From the NCBI GenBank assembly GCA_965207455.1, contig CBDBMJ010000001.1, positions 1,440,001 to 1,504,000 of the forward strand: a stretch of DNA of 64,000 bases, written 5' to 3'. This stretch comes from Bdellovibrionota bacterium. GTDB taxonomy: Bacteria; Bdellovibrionota; UBA1018; CAIPTA01; JAALKR01. Positions within the stretch are counted from its first letter, which is position 1. Every line of letters begins with the position of its first letter. The notes under the pieces are model-generated. The model was not told the origin of the DNA, made no database searches, and saw nothing but the letters and a program-made list of their open reading frames with translations. Of this stretch, positions 39,371 through 50,345 are shown one piece after another. Position numbers and translations under genes: made by a program.

Positions 39371-41233
39371 ATGAAATCAAAATGGAAAAATAAATATGTT
39401 AGTGTCAGTGCTGTATGCGCCCTGCTTTTTCTCTCTGCCAGCTTCCTCTCTGGAAGTCAGAGTGCTCTCGCCAGTGGATATAGCGGCGACGGTATGGAAG
39501 AGGAAATGGTGGTGGTTACAGCCAATCGCCTTTCTACAAATGTAAATAATGTTGCTAGTTCCACCACTACGATAGAGGTAGATGGAACCATACTGGAAAG
39601 CTACAACACCGTTCAAGACCTACTACAACAGGCAGTGGGAGTTGAGATTTTTAGTGCTGGCGGATCTGGACAACTGTCCTCTATCTTTATTCGTGGTTCC
39701 TCATCGGAACACACCTTGGTGCTGATTGATGGTATTGAGGCAAACGACCCCTCAAATCCAGCTAGAAGCTTTGATTTTAGTCGCTTGAAGCTCTATGATG
39801 TGGATAGGATTGAAATTGTACGCGGTCCGCAGAGCGTGCTCTATGGCTCCGATGCCATGGGTGGCGTGGTAAACATTATCACGAAAAAAGGACAGGGCAG
39901 ACCAGCTCTAAGTGTAGACCTAGAGGGCGGTTCCTATAAATCCCTATCAGGAGCTGTGGGGTATTCAGGTGGTGACCCAGACTTAAATTTTCGAGTTTCT
40001 GGCGGTTATTCCCTTACTGATGGTTTTTCCGCAGCAGTCGAAGACGAAGATGACGACTTTGAGAAAGATGGCCACAAGCAATTCGACCTCTCCCTACGTG
40101 TAGGTAAAAAACTAGGAATGTCTACGGATATGGAATTCATTACAAGGTACTCGAATTCCAATGTAGATATAGACGGTGGCGCAGGATTAGATGGTGCTGA
40201 TGCTGAAGCAGAGACAAAGGAGCGACAGTATCGCCTCCAGGGAAGAACATTCTTTATGGATGATAAACTGGAGACAATCCTAGCCGGGAATTTCACTCAA
40301 ACCGATCGTAAGTACACAGTTCTCGCTAATGAAACGGACTGGAAGGGCAAGAACTGGAAGTTGGAGTTATTAAATAATCTACACTGGAGCAAAGTACATA
40401 CCCTTTCTTTAGGTCTGGAATACGAAACGGACTCCATACAGTCGCATGGAAAAGAAGATGCAGACTTTAACTCAAAAAGTATTTTCCTCCAAAGCCTCCA
40501 CAACTGGAACTCTCTGTTTGCTTCCTTTGGTGTTCGCCACGACATCCATTCCGAATCAAAAGAAAATACCACCACCTACCGTATAGCCCCTGGAATGAAA
40601 TTCGAGTCCACGGGTACTATCTTGCGCGCAAGCTATGGCACAGGAATAAAATATGCCTCACCATACGCTCACGCCTTAAGTGAAGACTTGGAGCCAGAAA
40701 AAGTTCGAAGTTGGGATATTGGCGTGGAGCAACCATGCCATGGGCATAACTTTCAGCTGAGCTATTTTCAAAATAGCTTTACTGACAAATTAGCTCATGA
40801 CCCTACTGACACTGATAATCCCAATTCGAGAACGAACCTAGGTGATGATGTGGATACTGGCGGCATCGAGTTCCAGGCTCATATAAAATTACCTTATAAA
40901 TTACACCTAACAGGTAATTTTACCCATTTGACGAAAGGTGATGATCTGGTACTTAGGCCTAAAAGCTCTGGATTTGCTCGACTGAACTATCGTCCCACTC
41001 CAAAGATCACAACCTCAGGAAGTTTCCGTTATGTGGGTTCTCGACCGAAGTATAGCAGTGAAGAAAAGTCGCCCTCCTTCTCCGTCCTAGACCTCATAGG
41101 AGAATACAGCTGGTCAGAAGGAAAGATTGCCTACATCAAGGTCGACAATCTACTGGATAAAGAATATGAAGCGGTAGATGGGTATGGCACCCCAGGATTA
41201 TCCTTTTATGGAGGAGTGCGCTTGAAATTCTAA
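39371..41233 (+). CDS. TonB-dependent receptor (BtuB-like)
   Basis: TonB box EEMVVVTANR, plug motifs IRG..SEHTLVLIDG and RIEIVRGPQSVLYGSDAMGGVVNIIT, terminal Phe. Confidence 0.93.
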   Translation: MKSKWKNKYVSVSAVCALLFLSASFLSGSQSALASGYSGDGMEEEMVVVTANRLSTNVNNVASSTTTIEVDGTILESYNTVQDLLQQAVGVEIFSAGGSGQLSSIFIRGSSSEHTLVLIDGIEANDPSNPARSFDFSRLKLYDVDRIEIVRGPQSVLYGSDAMGGVVNIITKKGQGRPALSVDLEGGSYKSLSGAVGYSGGDPDLNFRVSGGYSLTDGFSAAVEDEDDDFEKDGHKQFDLSLRVGKKLGMSTDMEFITRYSNSNVDIDGGAGLDGADAEAETKERQYRLQGRTFFMDDKLETILAGNFTQTDRKYTVLANETDWKGKNWKLELLNNLHWSKVHTLSLGLEYETDSIQSHGKEDADFNSKSIFLQSLHNWNSLFASFGVRHDIHSESKENTTTYRIAPGMKFESTGTILRASYGTGIKYASPYAHALSEDLEPEKVRSWDIGVEQPCHGHNFQLSYFQNSFTDKLAHDPTDTDNPNSRTNLGDDVDTGGIEFQAHIKLPYKLHLTGNFTHLTKGDDLVLRPKSSGFARLNYRPTPKITTSGSFRYVGSRPKYSSEEKSPSFSVLDLIGEYSWSEGKIAYIKVDNLLDKEYEAVDGYGTPGLSFYGGVRLKF

Positions 41234-41258
41234 ATGTTATTGTATATATTTGGACCCT

Positions 41259-41741
41259 ATGATTTTAAAGTCCTCTCCTATTTTACTCTCCATGCTACTC
41301 CACCTTGGGGTAGCCGCTGGAATGATAGGGGGAGGGCTTTTAGGTTTTTGGATCCCTTTTTCTACTATTACTGTCCAAGAGGGCTCACCCATTGCCATTA
41401 TCTCTCCTATTGAAATAGAGCTAAGCAGCCTCCCTAAAGCACAGCTACCTTCCCCACTCAAACCAAGTCTTAAAAAAAAATCCCGCAGCATGGGAGCAAA
41501 GGGTTCTGCTACAGGCGAGATAACGCCCTTCTATCCCCGTATTGCTCAAAGGTTAGGGGAGGAGGGACGGGTGGAGATTACCCTACATACAGGCCCTTCT
41601 GGCACCGTTACAAGCTATACAATTAACCGATCCAGTGGATCCCGTCATTTGGACCGGGCTGCCGTAGCTGCCGTAAAAAAAGCTAAATTTCGCCGACCCA
41701 CTGAAAAAATAACCTTTGTTTTTCAACTTTCTCCTAAATAA
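41259..41741 (+). CDS. energy transducer TonB family protein
   Basis: N-terminal TM with S..LH; C-terminal YPRIAQRLGEEGRV..RSSG..LDRAA..AVK. Confidence 0.85.
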   Translation: MILKSSPILLSMLLHLGVAAGMIGGGLLGFWIPFSTITVQEGSPIAIISPIEIELSSLPKAQLPSPLKPSLKKKSRSMGAKGSATGEITPFYPRIAQRLGEEGRVEITLHTGPSGTVTSYTINRSSGSRHLDRAAVAAVKKAKFRRPTEKITFVFQLSPK

Positions 41742-41794
41742 TCTTTTTGTGGCGCCGATAGGGTAGAAACAACATACAAAAGAAAGGAGATATC

Positions 41795-42163
41795 ATGGAG
41801 CTTTCCTTAGAAAATATGGAAGTAGTGGATAGAGCGCTTTTAGAGGAAAATTATGGGGGTAGCACCGATATACTCCAAACAGCCATAGAGAGCTTTCTCG
41901 ATACCTACATGGATACGTTACACAAGATCCACTCGGCTATAGAGGGTATGGATGCGGAGGGCGTACGTCAAGCAGCCCATATGCTCAAAGGTTCGGTTAG
42001 TTATGTGGGTGGTGCTAGGGCGATGGCCGTGGCAGATGCGCTACAAAATGCTCAGGATATGGATAGTATGGATTCCTTAAAAGATGTCTTGGATCAAGAG
42101 ATGAAGGATCTATCCCAAGAATTGCAAAAATTACATGCACAGCTAGAAGCTAGCGCAGCTTAA
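41795..42163 (+). CDS. stand-alone Hpt (histidine phosphotransfer) protein
   Basis: AAHMLKGS..YVGG motif. Confidence 0.88.
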   Translation: MELSLENMEVVDRALLEENYGGSTDILQTAIESFLDTYMDTLHKIHSAIEGMDAEGVRQAAHMLKGSVSYVGGARAMAVADALQNAQDMDSMDSLKDVLDQEMKDLSQELQKLHAQLEASAA

Positions 42164-42360
42164 ATATTTCTTTAAACAGGGCATTGCTCTACTTGCATTA
42201 TAACAGCACTACAAATAACATACTATTTTAGTCTTATTAAAAAATAAAATTTTTTCTGATATTTTCATATATTACTTGCAAAATTCATATATTTTTTATA
42301 TGGTAGTACTTCTTGTATTAATTACAAGTACAAGAAAGCAGAAAGGAGCATATAAAAACC

Positions 42361-44061
42361 ATGCCAATAGAACAACAGCGAAAATTTCTGGTGGACAAAC
42401 ACCGCCGTCAACTAGATATGCTTGCAGAGGTGGGCATCAGCCTACAAAACCTACTCCAATCTAACGATCTCTACTCAAAAATTATAGAAATTATCCAAAG
42501 CCGATTCCATTACTATCATATGAGTCTCTGGACGGTGGACGACCAACAAGAAGTAGCCACCCTGCAAGCCCATAGTGGTGCCCATGCCTATAATTTCTCT
42601 CCCGGCTTTCAGATAAAAGGTCAGGGAATCACCGCCTACGTCATTTCCACCCAAAAAGCCTACCTCAGTAATAACGTTTCCACAGACAGCAAGTATACAA
42701 GTCTAAATTTTCCCACAGAAACAAAAAGTAGCTTATGTATTCCCGTACTCTCGCTGGATGGCAAGCTATATGCTCTTATCAATATTGAGTCCATGGAGAT
42801 GAATGCATTTGATCAGGATGACCTCCACGTTATGCAAAGTGTGGCTGCCCAGGTCTCCCTTGCTCTTAGCAATGCATTTTTCTACAACGAAATAAACGAC
42901 TTTAATAAGCACCTCAAGGAAAAGATTGAAGATAAGACTAAGGAACTGCGCACTGCCCATGAGCGTATTTTACTCCAGCAACGCATGCTAAAAAAAGAAA
43001 ACCAGGTGCTCAAAACAATCGTAAAATCGTATAACGACAAAGGAGATATTTTAGGAAAATCTCATCCCATCAAATCTCTTTTATCCATGATTGACAAGTT
43101 GGCTCCCACGGACGTTACAGCACTGATTCATGGAGAAAGTGGTTCTGGGAAAAAACATGTGGCCCATCGTATTCACCAGTATTCGGATAGAACGAAGCTT
43201 CCTTTTGTACAGGTCAACTGTGGCACCACTCAAAAATCTTTATTGGAGAGCACCCTATTTGGATATGAAAAAACTTCTAACGGCGCTAAAAAAATTGGAG
43301 CGCTGGAGGCCGCAGATGGTGGTACCCTATTTATTGAAGAGATTGAGTCCATGAGCCTCCCTATCCAAGCGAAGCTGCTACGCTGTCTACAGGAAAAGGC
43401 AATCCAATCCTCTTCCAAAAAACATCCAACTCCCGTGAATGTGCGCTTAGTGAGTGCCACAAGTCGGGATCTGGAGCAAGAGGTAAAGGAGGGTAATTTT
43501 CGAGAGGATCTTTTCTATCGCATCAACACCATTACCTTGCGTATGCCACCACTACGGGAGCGCCCAGAGGATATTCCCCTTTTATTAGACTATTTTTTAA
43601 ATAACTCGAACAATTCAAACAAATCCAATGGTTTAAAAATTAGCAACCGTGCCTTAGAGGCCCTCCAAGCCTATCGCTGGCCGGGTAATGTACGCGAGCT
43701 GAAAAATACGGTAGAGCGACTCACAATACTCACAGACGGAGATACGGTTCGTCTGGATGAATTACCTTTTAGCATTCGTATGTCTCAAAAAAATGAAGGT
43801 TCCAACGAGGGTCGAGGCTCTGTGGTTTCCCACAATGTAAAACACATGACGTTGGATGAGTTAGAAAAGAGTCATATTTTACAAATGTTGTCCTATCAGT
43901 CCGGCAATAAAACAAAAACCGCAAAAGCACTGGGCATCACCATTAAAACCCTTTATAATAAATTACATCACTACGGAATATTCGGTAAAGATAAAGCAAA
44001 CAAAATAAACACACCAAGGGAGACCACACTCAATGACAACAAAGCAAACCACAAAAACTAA
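42361..44061 (+). CDS. GAF-AAA+-Fis HTH transcriptional regulator (NtrC/bEBP family, degenerate motifs)
   Basis: GAF domain, GESGSGK, FREDLFYRI, WPGNVREL and NKTKTAKALGI..KTLYNKL. Confidence 0.9.
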   Translation: MPIEQQRKFLVDKHRRQLDMLAEVGISLQNLLQSNDLYSKIIEIIQSRFHYYHMSLWTVDDQQEVATLQAHSGAHAYNFSPGFQIKGQGITAYVISTQKAYLSNNVSTDSKYTSLNFPTETKSSLCIPVLSLDGKLYALINIESMEMNAFDQDDLHVMQSVAAQVSLALSNAFFYNEINDFNKHLKEKIEDKTKELRTAHERILLQQRMLKKENQVLKTIVKSYNDKGDILGKSHPIKSLLSMIDKLAPTDVTALIHGESGSGKKHVAHRIHQYSDRTKLPFVQVNCGTTQKSLLESTLFGYEKTSNGAKKIGALEAADGGTLFIEEIESMSLPIQAKLLRCLQEKAIQSSSKKHPTPVNVRLVSATSRDLEQEVKEGNFREDLFYRINTITLRMPPLRERPEDIPLLLDYFLNNSNNSNKSNGLKISNRALEALQAYRWPGNVRELKNTVERLTILTDGDTVRLDELPFSIRMSQKNEGSNEGRGSVVSHNVKHMTLDELEKSHILQMLSYQSGNKTKTAKALGITIKTLYNKLHHYGIFGKDKANKINTPRETTLNDNKANHKN

Positions 44062-44227
44062 AATGGGAAAAATGAACAATAAAAATTTCCGTCAGACTGC
44101 TGACGCAGAAACCTTCTATCGCTTTGTTCATGAAAATGACCTTAGGACTGAAGCTTATGCATCACTGCAACGCGCCCGGGCTGCCAGAAAAAATGCCATG
44201 GCCGCAAAAAGTCCACTAAAGCAATAA
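44033..44227 (+). CDS. small hypothetical protein
   Basis: FRQ....ETFYRFVHENDLR.EA looks like a folded conserved core; fills the gap before the serA-like gene; alternative start at 44063. Confidence 0.6.
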   Translation: MTTKQTTKTKMGKMNNKNFRQTADAETFYRFVHENDLRTEAYASLQRARAARKNAMAAKSPLKQ

Positions 44228-44240
44228 GAGTCGTTGAGAA

Positions 44241-45203
44241 ATGTCTAAGATAAAATTACTTATCGCTGATGGATTTGCTCCCCTAGGACTACAACGACTA
44301 GAGGAAAGCAACCTCTTCACCGTGAGCCTACACAAGGGAATCACCAAGGACGAACTCCTAAAAGTCCTACCCGAACAAGACGCCATTATTATTCGTAGTG
44401 CAACGAAATTAACAAAAGATTTAATAGAGAGTGGTACAGAACTAAAAGCTATTATGCGTGCAGGTAGCGGTGTGGATAATATCGATGTGAGTTCTGCCAC
44501 AGATAAAGGTATTTTTGTTTTCAATACACCTGGGGCAAATAATAATGCCGTAGTGGAACTTACCTTGGGCTATATTTTTGCTTTACTAAGAGAGCTACCA
44601 CGAGCCACATCTGGCATGAAAAAAAATATGTGGGAAAAAAAAGCACTGGTGGGAGGAGAGGCTTTAGATCGCTCCTTAGGAGTGCTGGGCTTGGGTGCAA
44701 TTGGATCTCTCGTGGCTCAGAAGGCTCGAGCACTGGGTATGGAACTATTTGCCTATGACCCTAGAATGGCAGATCTTCAAGTAGACCCATCCACAAAGAA
44801 ATGCTCCACTATCAACGAGGTATTTGAAAAATCTTCCATGGTTAGTGTGCATATTCCTCTCGCAGAAAATACAAGACATTCCATAGGCACGGAGCAGTTT
44901 CAAAAAATGGCAAAAGGTTCCTATCTTATCAATTGCTCCAGAGGGGGCATTGTGAAAGAGGACGATCTTCTTTGTGCACTGGAAGACGGCACCCTTGCAG
45001 GTGCTGCCATGGATGTTTTTGAAGCAGAACCTACTAATAACGAGAAGCTCGTGGCCCATCCAAAATTTATTTGTACTCCCCATATTGGTGCGAGCACAAA
45101 AGAAAGTCAGAAAAAAGTGGCTCTTTCCGCTGCCGATAGCTTAATCAAATATTTTAGCGATGGAAATACAACAAACGCTATCAATAAAAATAGGATAAAT
45201 TAA
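44241..45203 (+). CDS. serA: D-3-phosphoglycerate dehydrogenase-like 2-hydroxyacid dehydrogenase (no ACT domain)
   Basis: RAGSGVDNID, GLGAIG, INCSRGGIV, DVFEAEP and TPHIGAST motifs. Confidence 0.8.
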   Translation: MSKIKLLIADGFAPLGLQRLEESNLFTVSLHKGITKDELLKVLPEQDAIIIRSATKLTKDLIESGTELKAIMRAGSGVDNIDVSSATDKGIFVFNTPGANNNAVVELTLGYIFALLRELPRATSGMKKNMWEKKALVGGEALDRSLGVLGLGAIGSLVAQKARALGMELFAYDPRMADLQVDPSTKKCSTINEVFEKSSMVSVHIPLAENTRHSIGTEQFQKMAKGSYLINCSRGGIVKEDDLLCALEDGTLAGAAMDVFEAEPTNNEKLVAHPKFICTPHIGASTKESQKKVALSAADSLIKYFSDGNTTNAINKNRIN

Positions 45204-46489
45204 TGAGTACTGTAGCAGTTATTGGAGCACAATGGGGTGATGAAGGTAAGGGCAAGGTGGTGGACTTCTTTGGGCAACAGGCAGACATGGTGGTGCGCTT
45301 TCAAGGAGGCAATAACGCTGGCCATACGATTGTTGTGGATGATGAAAAAATAATACTCCACCTCATCCCCGCGGCAGCACTCCATGCAAACAAAACCTGC
45401 TTAATTGCTAACGGCGTAGTTGTGGATGTGGAAGCCCTCCTAAAAGAAGTGGACGACTTGAAAAGCAAGAATTACCTCCAAACGTCAAAACTATATGTGA
45501 GTAACCAGGCTCATGTAATTATGCCCTATCATAAAATTTTAGATAAGCTTCGGGAGAATCAAGAAAACTCCACCACTATCGGCACAACAGGGAAAGGGAT
45601 TGGTCCCGCATACGCAGATAAAATATCCCGAACTGGAATTCGTTGTGAAGATCTTCTCCAGCCGGAATACCTAAGACATCGCTTGGAGGAAATTTTACCT
45701 GAAAAGAATCATCTTATTGAACATTTTTTTTCCCATCCACCACTGAAACTGGAACCCCTGTTGGAAGAACTCCTAAAACTAGGGGAAAAGCTCCAGCCGT
45801 TCTTAAGAAATACATCTCAGCTCATCCATGCTGCCTTAAAAGAAAATAAAAAAATTATGTTGGAAGGCGCCCAAGGTGCGCTCTTAGATATTGACTATGG
45901 AACCTATCCCTATGTAACCAGTTCCAACACCACTAGCTCTGGAGCTTGTACGGGTAGTGGCTTGCCTCCATCGAGCATAGATGAGGTAATTGCCATTACC
46001 AAAGCATACACCACACGAGTGGGTGAAGGACCCTTTCCAACGGAACTCACCGACGATACAGGAGATCTTCTCCAAAAAGTAGGCAAAGAATTTGGTGCCA
46101 CCACGGGGCGCACACGACGTTGTGGGTGGCTAGACCTAGTGGCCCTTCGCCAGACAAAAGACATATGCGGCTTCACGGGACTAGCCCTTACAAAAATAGA
46201 TGTCCTACAAGCAGTGAAAGAAATAAAGGTATGTGTTGCGTACAAACTCGATGGCAAAACGATTACTGCTCCACCCTCTTCCACACAAGACCTGGCCCGT
46301 GTGGAGCCCGTATATAAAACATTCCCTTCTTGGAAAACCGATATGAGTAAAATAAAATCTCCAGAAGATATACCCAAGGAATTACAGGACTATATCGATT
46401 TTATAGAAGAAACACTGGAAACAAAAGCAGTGCTGCTTTCCATGGGACCCGACCGCAACGATACCCTCACTCTAATCAATCCCTTTTAG
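45203..46489 (+). CDS. purA: adenylosuccinate synthetase
   Basis: GAQWGDEGKGK, GGNNAGHT, EGAQG and GATTGRTRRCGW motifs. Confidence 0.98.
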   Translation: MSTVAVIGAQWGDEGKGKVVDFFGQQADMVVRFQGGNNAGHTIVVDDEKIILHLIPAAALHANKTCLIANGVVVDVEALLKEVDDLKSKNYLQTSKLYVSNQAHVIMPYHKILDKLRENQENSTTIGTTGKGIGPAYADKISRTGIRCEDLLQPEYLRHRLEEILPEKNHLIEHFFSHPPLKLEPLLEELLKLGEKLQPFLRNTSQLIHAALKENKKIMLEGAQGALLDIDYGTYPYVTSSNTTSSGACTGSGLPPSSIDEVIAITKAYTTRVGEGPFPTELTDDTGDLLQKVGKEFGATTGRTRRCGWLDLVALRQTKDICGFTGLALTKIDVLQAVKEIKVCVAYKLDGKTITAPPSSTQDLARVEPVYKTFPSWKTDMSKIKSPEDIPKELQDYIDFIEETLETKAVLLSMGPDRNDTLTLINPF

Positions 46490-47251
46490 TTATTTCTTTA
46501 CTAATTTTGTAATCACAATTTCTATTCGTCGATTACGTTGCCGACCCGCAGGTGTTTTGTTGGAAGCTATGGGGTGACCATTGGCGTACCCACCGGCAGA
46601 GATACGACTTGCAGGAAACTTATACCTGGCAATTATATAGCGTACAATCCAAGCAGCCCTAGCACCGGAAAGCTCCCAGTTGCTGGGATATCTACTATTT
46701 TTCAGCACAGGGGTGGAATCTGTATGCCCCTCCACATGCACCACATAGTCTGTTTTGCTCAGCAATTGAGATACTTGGTTGATCAGTACAAGGTATTTTC
46801 TTTTAATTTCAGCCTTTCCCGGATAAAACAAATCATTTGCCACTAGGCGAATCACTAACCCATTGTCCTCATAAACCAATTCAAAAATATCTTTTAAATC
46901 TGTGGTCTGCATTTGAAGGGCAATGGAATCCTCTATACTGCGAGCTAAATTTTCTAGTTCCCTATTATCCACAGGCTCCGCATTCATCTTGCCCATGGGA
47001 AGATCCATAATCCGCCCTCGTAAAGAATACCGGTCTCGTACACGAACAGCGGAACCCACCCCCAAGTCCAGCTTTCCCGGAGGGCCAAAGAAATTCCTCT
47101 GAATAGAGGTAACTATTTTTTTAATTTTAGATTTATCTTGATTGGCAATAGCGTACATCACCACAAAAAAAGCAAATAAAAGAGTGATAAAATCTGCGTA
47201 AGATATAACCCAACGTTCTAAATTTATATGTTCTTCTTTTTTTCTCCTCAA
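46490..47251 (-). CDS. motB: flagellar motor stator protein MotB
   Basis: WVISYADFITLLFAFFV plug/TM; OmpA-like GHTD..NWELS..NRRIEI. Confidence 0.93.
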   Translation of the reverse strand: MRRKKEEHINLERWVISYADFITLLFAFFVVMYAIANQDKSKIKKIVTSIQRNFFGPPGKLDLGVGSAVRVRDRYSLRGRIMDLPMGKMNAEPVDNRELENLARSIEDSIALQMQTTDLKDIFELVYEDNGLVIRLVANDLFYPGKAEIKRKYLVLINQVSQLLSKTDYVVHVEGHTDSTPVLKNSRYPSNWELSGARAAWIVRYIIARYKFPASRISAGGYANGHPIASNKTPAGRQRNRRIEIVITKLVKK

Positions 47252-47252
47252 A

Positions 47253-48023
47253 TCAACTTTCCTCGGTGGAACGAAGATCAGGTTCTAGGAAAACTTCCAG
47301 CTTGTCCCTAAGAAAATGCGGATTTAAGCCCTCTTGAATACCATTAATACCCACTCGAATGATTTCACCATGGTAGGACAGTAGCGCTGCCTTACGCTTA
47401 ATTTTTGTTCCCAGTGGGATAAACACAAGGTTTGCAAGCCCCACACCGTAAATGGTGGCAATAAACGCCACTGCAATACCAGAACCTATCTGATCCGGAT
47501 TATCTAAACTCTGCATTACAAAGATCAAGCCTAATACTGCACCTAAAATCCCAATCGTGGGAGAATAACCACCTGCACTTTCCCAAACCTTACCCGAGGA
47601 CTCTATTTCGTCGGCATCTATATTGATGTTGGATTCCAGAATTTCTGTAACCGTGGCAGGATCAAAACCGTCAATTACATATTTTAAGGCAAAACGAAAC
47701 CTGTCATCCACAATACTCTCCCGTATTCCCTCTACCGCTAGTATTCCTTCTTTTCGAGCTAAGGAAGCCACCTTGAGAATTTCCTCTATAAGCCCCCGGT
47801 GATCTAAATTCACATTATTAAACGCTACCTTCAGGCCCTCATTAAACGCCTTCTTTATATCTTTAGTAGGAAAACTCACCAAAACAGCTCCAAATGTGCC
47901 ACCAACAACAATCAGAAATGCCGAAGGACCATAAAGAGCTGTAAGTGGCAGGTGCTCCAAATGTGCCCCCAGCAACACTGCTCCAATTCCTAACGTCAAG
48001 CCTCCAATAGTTGCTAAATCCAC
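47253..48023 (-). CDS. motA: flagellar motor stator protein MotA
   Basis: ARKEGILAVE, GGYSPTIGILGAVLGLI and AVAFIATIYG motifs. Confidence 0.93.
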   Translation of the reverse strand: MDLATIGGLTLGIGAVLLGAHLEHLPLTALYGPSAFLIVVGGTFGAVLVSFPTKDIKKAFNEGLKVAFNNVNLDHRGLIEEILKVASLARKEGILAVEGIRESIVDDRFRFALKYVIDGFDPATVTEILESNINIDADEIESSGKVWESAGGYSPTIGILGAVLGLIFVMQSLDNPDQIGSGIAVAFIATIYGVGLANLVFIPLGTKIKRKAALLSYHGEIIRVGINGIQEGLNPHFLRDKLEVFLEPDLRSTEES

Positions 48024-48224
48024 TTATTCCTTCCTCGTATAAGCACACTGAAAGCACTTTTGCTTGTACTCAGTGGCTAGGCGTATAACTTCTTCCACAC
48101 TCTCTCGTACCATTATCTTCTCGTTATCCAAGGTTAATAATGTGTCAGGAGTTGACTCCAGGTATTTGATTAAATCCACATTTATGATAAATTCTTTATT
48201 ATTGAGCCTATGTAATTTTATCAT
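48024..48224 (-). CDS. flbD: flagellar FlbD family protein
   Basis: MIKLHRLN..IN.DLI..LESTPDT..VRESVEEV pattern; directly upstream of motA. Confidence 0.88.
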   Translation of the reverse strand: MIKLHRLNNKEFIINVDLIKYLESTPDTLLTLDNEKIMVRESVEEVIRLATEYKQKCFQCAYTRKE

Positions 48225-48288
48225 ACTATTTTATTCTAACAATCCGTATGGTAGTGTCAATATGGAAAAAGCAAAACTCCAATAAACG

Positions 48289-50325
48289 ATGGACTCATTT
48301 AAACTCAGTACAAATTTCACTCCTAAGGGAGATCAGCCAAAAGCGATTAAAGAGCTCTGTGAAGGAATAGAGTCCAAAAAAAAACACCAAGTCTTATTGG
48401 GAATAACAGGTTCTGGAAAAACCTATACCATGGCCAATGTTATTGCAAAGCTCAATTGTCCAGCCCTAATTGCAGCTCCCAATAAAACGCTAGCTGCCCA
48501 GTTGTATGAGGAGTTTAAAGAATTCTTCCCTGAAAATCATGTACACTATTTTGTTTCCTACTATGATTTCTATCAGCCCGAGGCCTATATTCCCTCCACA
48601 GACACGTTTATTGAAAAAGACTCTCAAATTAATGAGGAAATAGACAGGCTTCGCCACGCAACCACCCATTCCCTTTTATCCCAAAAAGATATTATTATCA
48701 TAGCCAGTGTTTCTTTTATCTATGGTCTGGGCTCACCAGAAGTATATAAAAAACTCCATGTGGAAGTAGAGGTAGGCCAACGGATAAAGCGTAAAAAACT
48801 CCTGGAAAGCCTTGTGGAAATACTCTACGAACGCAACGACATGGATTTTCACCGAGGGAGCTTTCGAGCACGAGGAGACACGGTGGAAATTTTCCCTGCC
48901 TACGAAGAGGACGTTGCCATACGGGTAGAGTTTTTTGGAGATGAAATAGACAGCATTATTTTAGTGGACCCTTTGAGAGGTGTGCCCATTCGAAAGTTAC
49001 AGCACGTATCCATTTATCCAGCCTCCCACTATGTTACAGAAGCCAGTAGCCGGAAAAAAGCCATCACTACCATACAGGATGAACTTAGGGAGCGACTCCA
49101 AGCCATGCGTGCCATAGAAAAGGAGGGAGAAGCTCGTCGATTAGAACAACGCACTTTATACGACATAGAAATGATGGAGGAGTTGGGCTACTGCCAAGGA
49201 ATTGAAAATTACTCTCGCCATCTGAGTGGTCGACCCACGGGCGCTCCTCCTCCCACGCTTTTGGAATACTTTCAAAAAAACTTCCTTATGATTGTGGATG
49301 AAAGCCATATTACAATTCCCCAAATTGGAGGCATGTACCGAGGAGATAGGGCTCGAAAAATGAACTTAGTGGAGCATGGATTTCGTCTGCCCAGTGCTTT
49401 GGACAATCGTCCATTAAATTTTGAGGAGTTTGAACAAATCACAGAAGAAAATGCAAAAGGAGTTATTTATGTGAGTGCCACTCCGGGTGATTATGAATTG
49501 GAAAAAACAAAGGGAGAGTATGTGGAACAAATCATTCGTCCCACGGGTCTCTTGGATCCAAAAATATATGTGAGGCCCGCTCTTACTCAAATTGAGGATC
49601 TATTCAAAGAAATTCAAGCACGCACTCAAGTGCCACCTGGGACAGAACCATCTCGAGTGCTCGTAACTGTTTTAACTAAAAAATTCGCTGAAGACCTCAC
49701 TACCTACCTTCTTAAAAAGGGTGTTCGGGTTCGATACCTCCATTCAGATGTGGAAACTTTGGATCGTATTGAAATTTTGCGAGATCTAAGGAAGGGAATT
49801 TTCGACGTATTGGTGGGAATCAATCTCCTTCGAGAAGGCTTAGACCTACCTGAAGTGTCTCTTGTGGCTATTGTGGACGCAGACAAGCCGGGTTTTCTAC
49901 GCAGCAACCGTTCCCTTATCCAAACAATTGGGCGAGCTTCCCGAAATGTAGATGGAACTGTCATTTTATACGGGGATAAAGTTACCAGCAGCATGAACTA
50001 TGCTATCCAAGAAACACAAAGGCGGCGAGACGTTCAATTCCAATATAATAAAAAACATGGCATCACCCCAGAAACCATAAAAAAATCACTGCGACTCTCT
50101 TCATTTAAAAACCAACGAAAACAAAAAGATGAAAAAACAGTCCTCCACAATGTTTCTGAATTCCAGCACTTAAAATCCATCCATGAAGTTCGACAGGAAA
50201 TAAAGTCATGGAATAAAAAAATGATCACTGCTGCTCAAGAAAGGAACTTCGAGTACGCAGCAAAATGTCGAGACAAAGTACAGCAGCTCAAAAAGCTAGA
50301 ACTCAAACTCCTATCCCTGGAATAA
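48289..50325 (+). CDS. uvrB: excinuclease ABC subunit B
   Basis: [37 protein letters not shown] and QTIGRASRN motifs; C-terminal UVR domain. Confidence 0.98.
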   Translation: MDSFKLSTNFTPKGDQPKAIKELCEGIESKKKHQVLLGITGSGKTYTMANVIAKLNCPALIAAPNKTLAAQLYEEFKEFFPENHVHYFVSYYDFYQPEAYIPSTDTFIEKDSQINEEIDRLRHATTHSLLSQKDIIIIASVSFIYGLGSPEVYKKLHVEVEVGQRIKRKKLLESLVEILYERNDMDFHRGSFRARGDTVEIFPAYEEDVAIRVEFFGDEIDSIILVDPLRGVPIRKLQHVSIYPASHYVTEASSRKKAITTIQDELRERLQAMRAIEKEGEARRLEQRTLYDIEMMEELGYCQGIENYSRHLSGRPTGAPPPTLLEYFQKNFLMIVDESHITIPQIGGMYRGDRARKMNLVEHGFRLPSALDNRPLNFEEFEQITEENAKGVIYVSATPGDYELEKTKGEYVEQIIRPTGLLDPKIYVRPALTQIEDLFKEIQARTQVPPGTEPSRVLVTVLTKKFAEDLTTYLLKKGVRVRYLHSDVETLDRIEILRDLRKGIFDVLVGINLLREGLDLPEVSLVAIVDADKPGFLRSNRSLIQTIGRASRNVDGTVILYGDKVTSSMNYAIQETQRRRDVQFQYNKKHGITPETIKKSLRLSSFKNQRKQKDEKTVLHNVSEFQHLKSIHEVRQEIKSWNKKMITAAQERNFEYAAKCRDKVQQLKKLELKLLSLE

Positions 50326-50345
50326 AAGCAAGAAAACCGTCGTGA

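Noticed and set aside
41232..41251. Zur-box-like AAATGTTATTGTATATATTT before tonB, and a half-site at the receptor start
   Set aside because: Only one half-site matches and the spacing is off; AT-rich chance match is plausible
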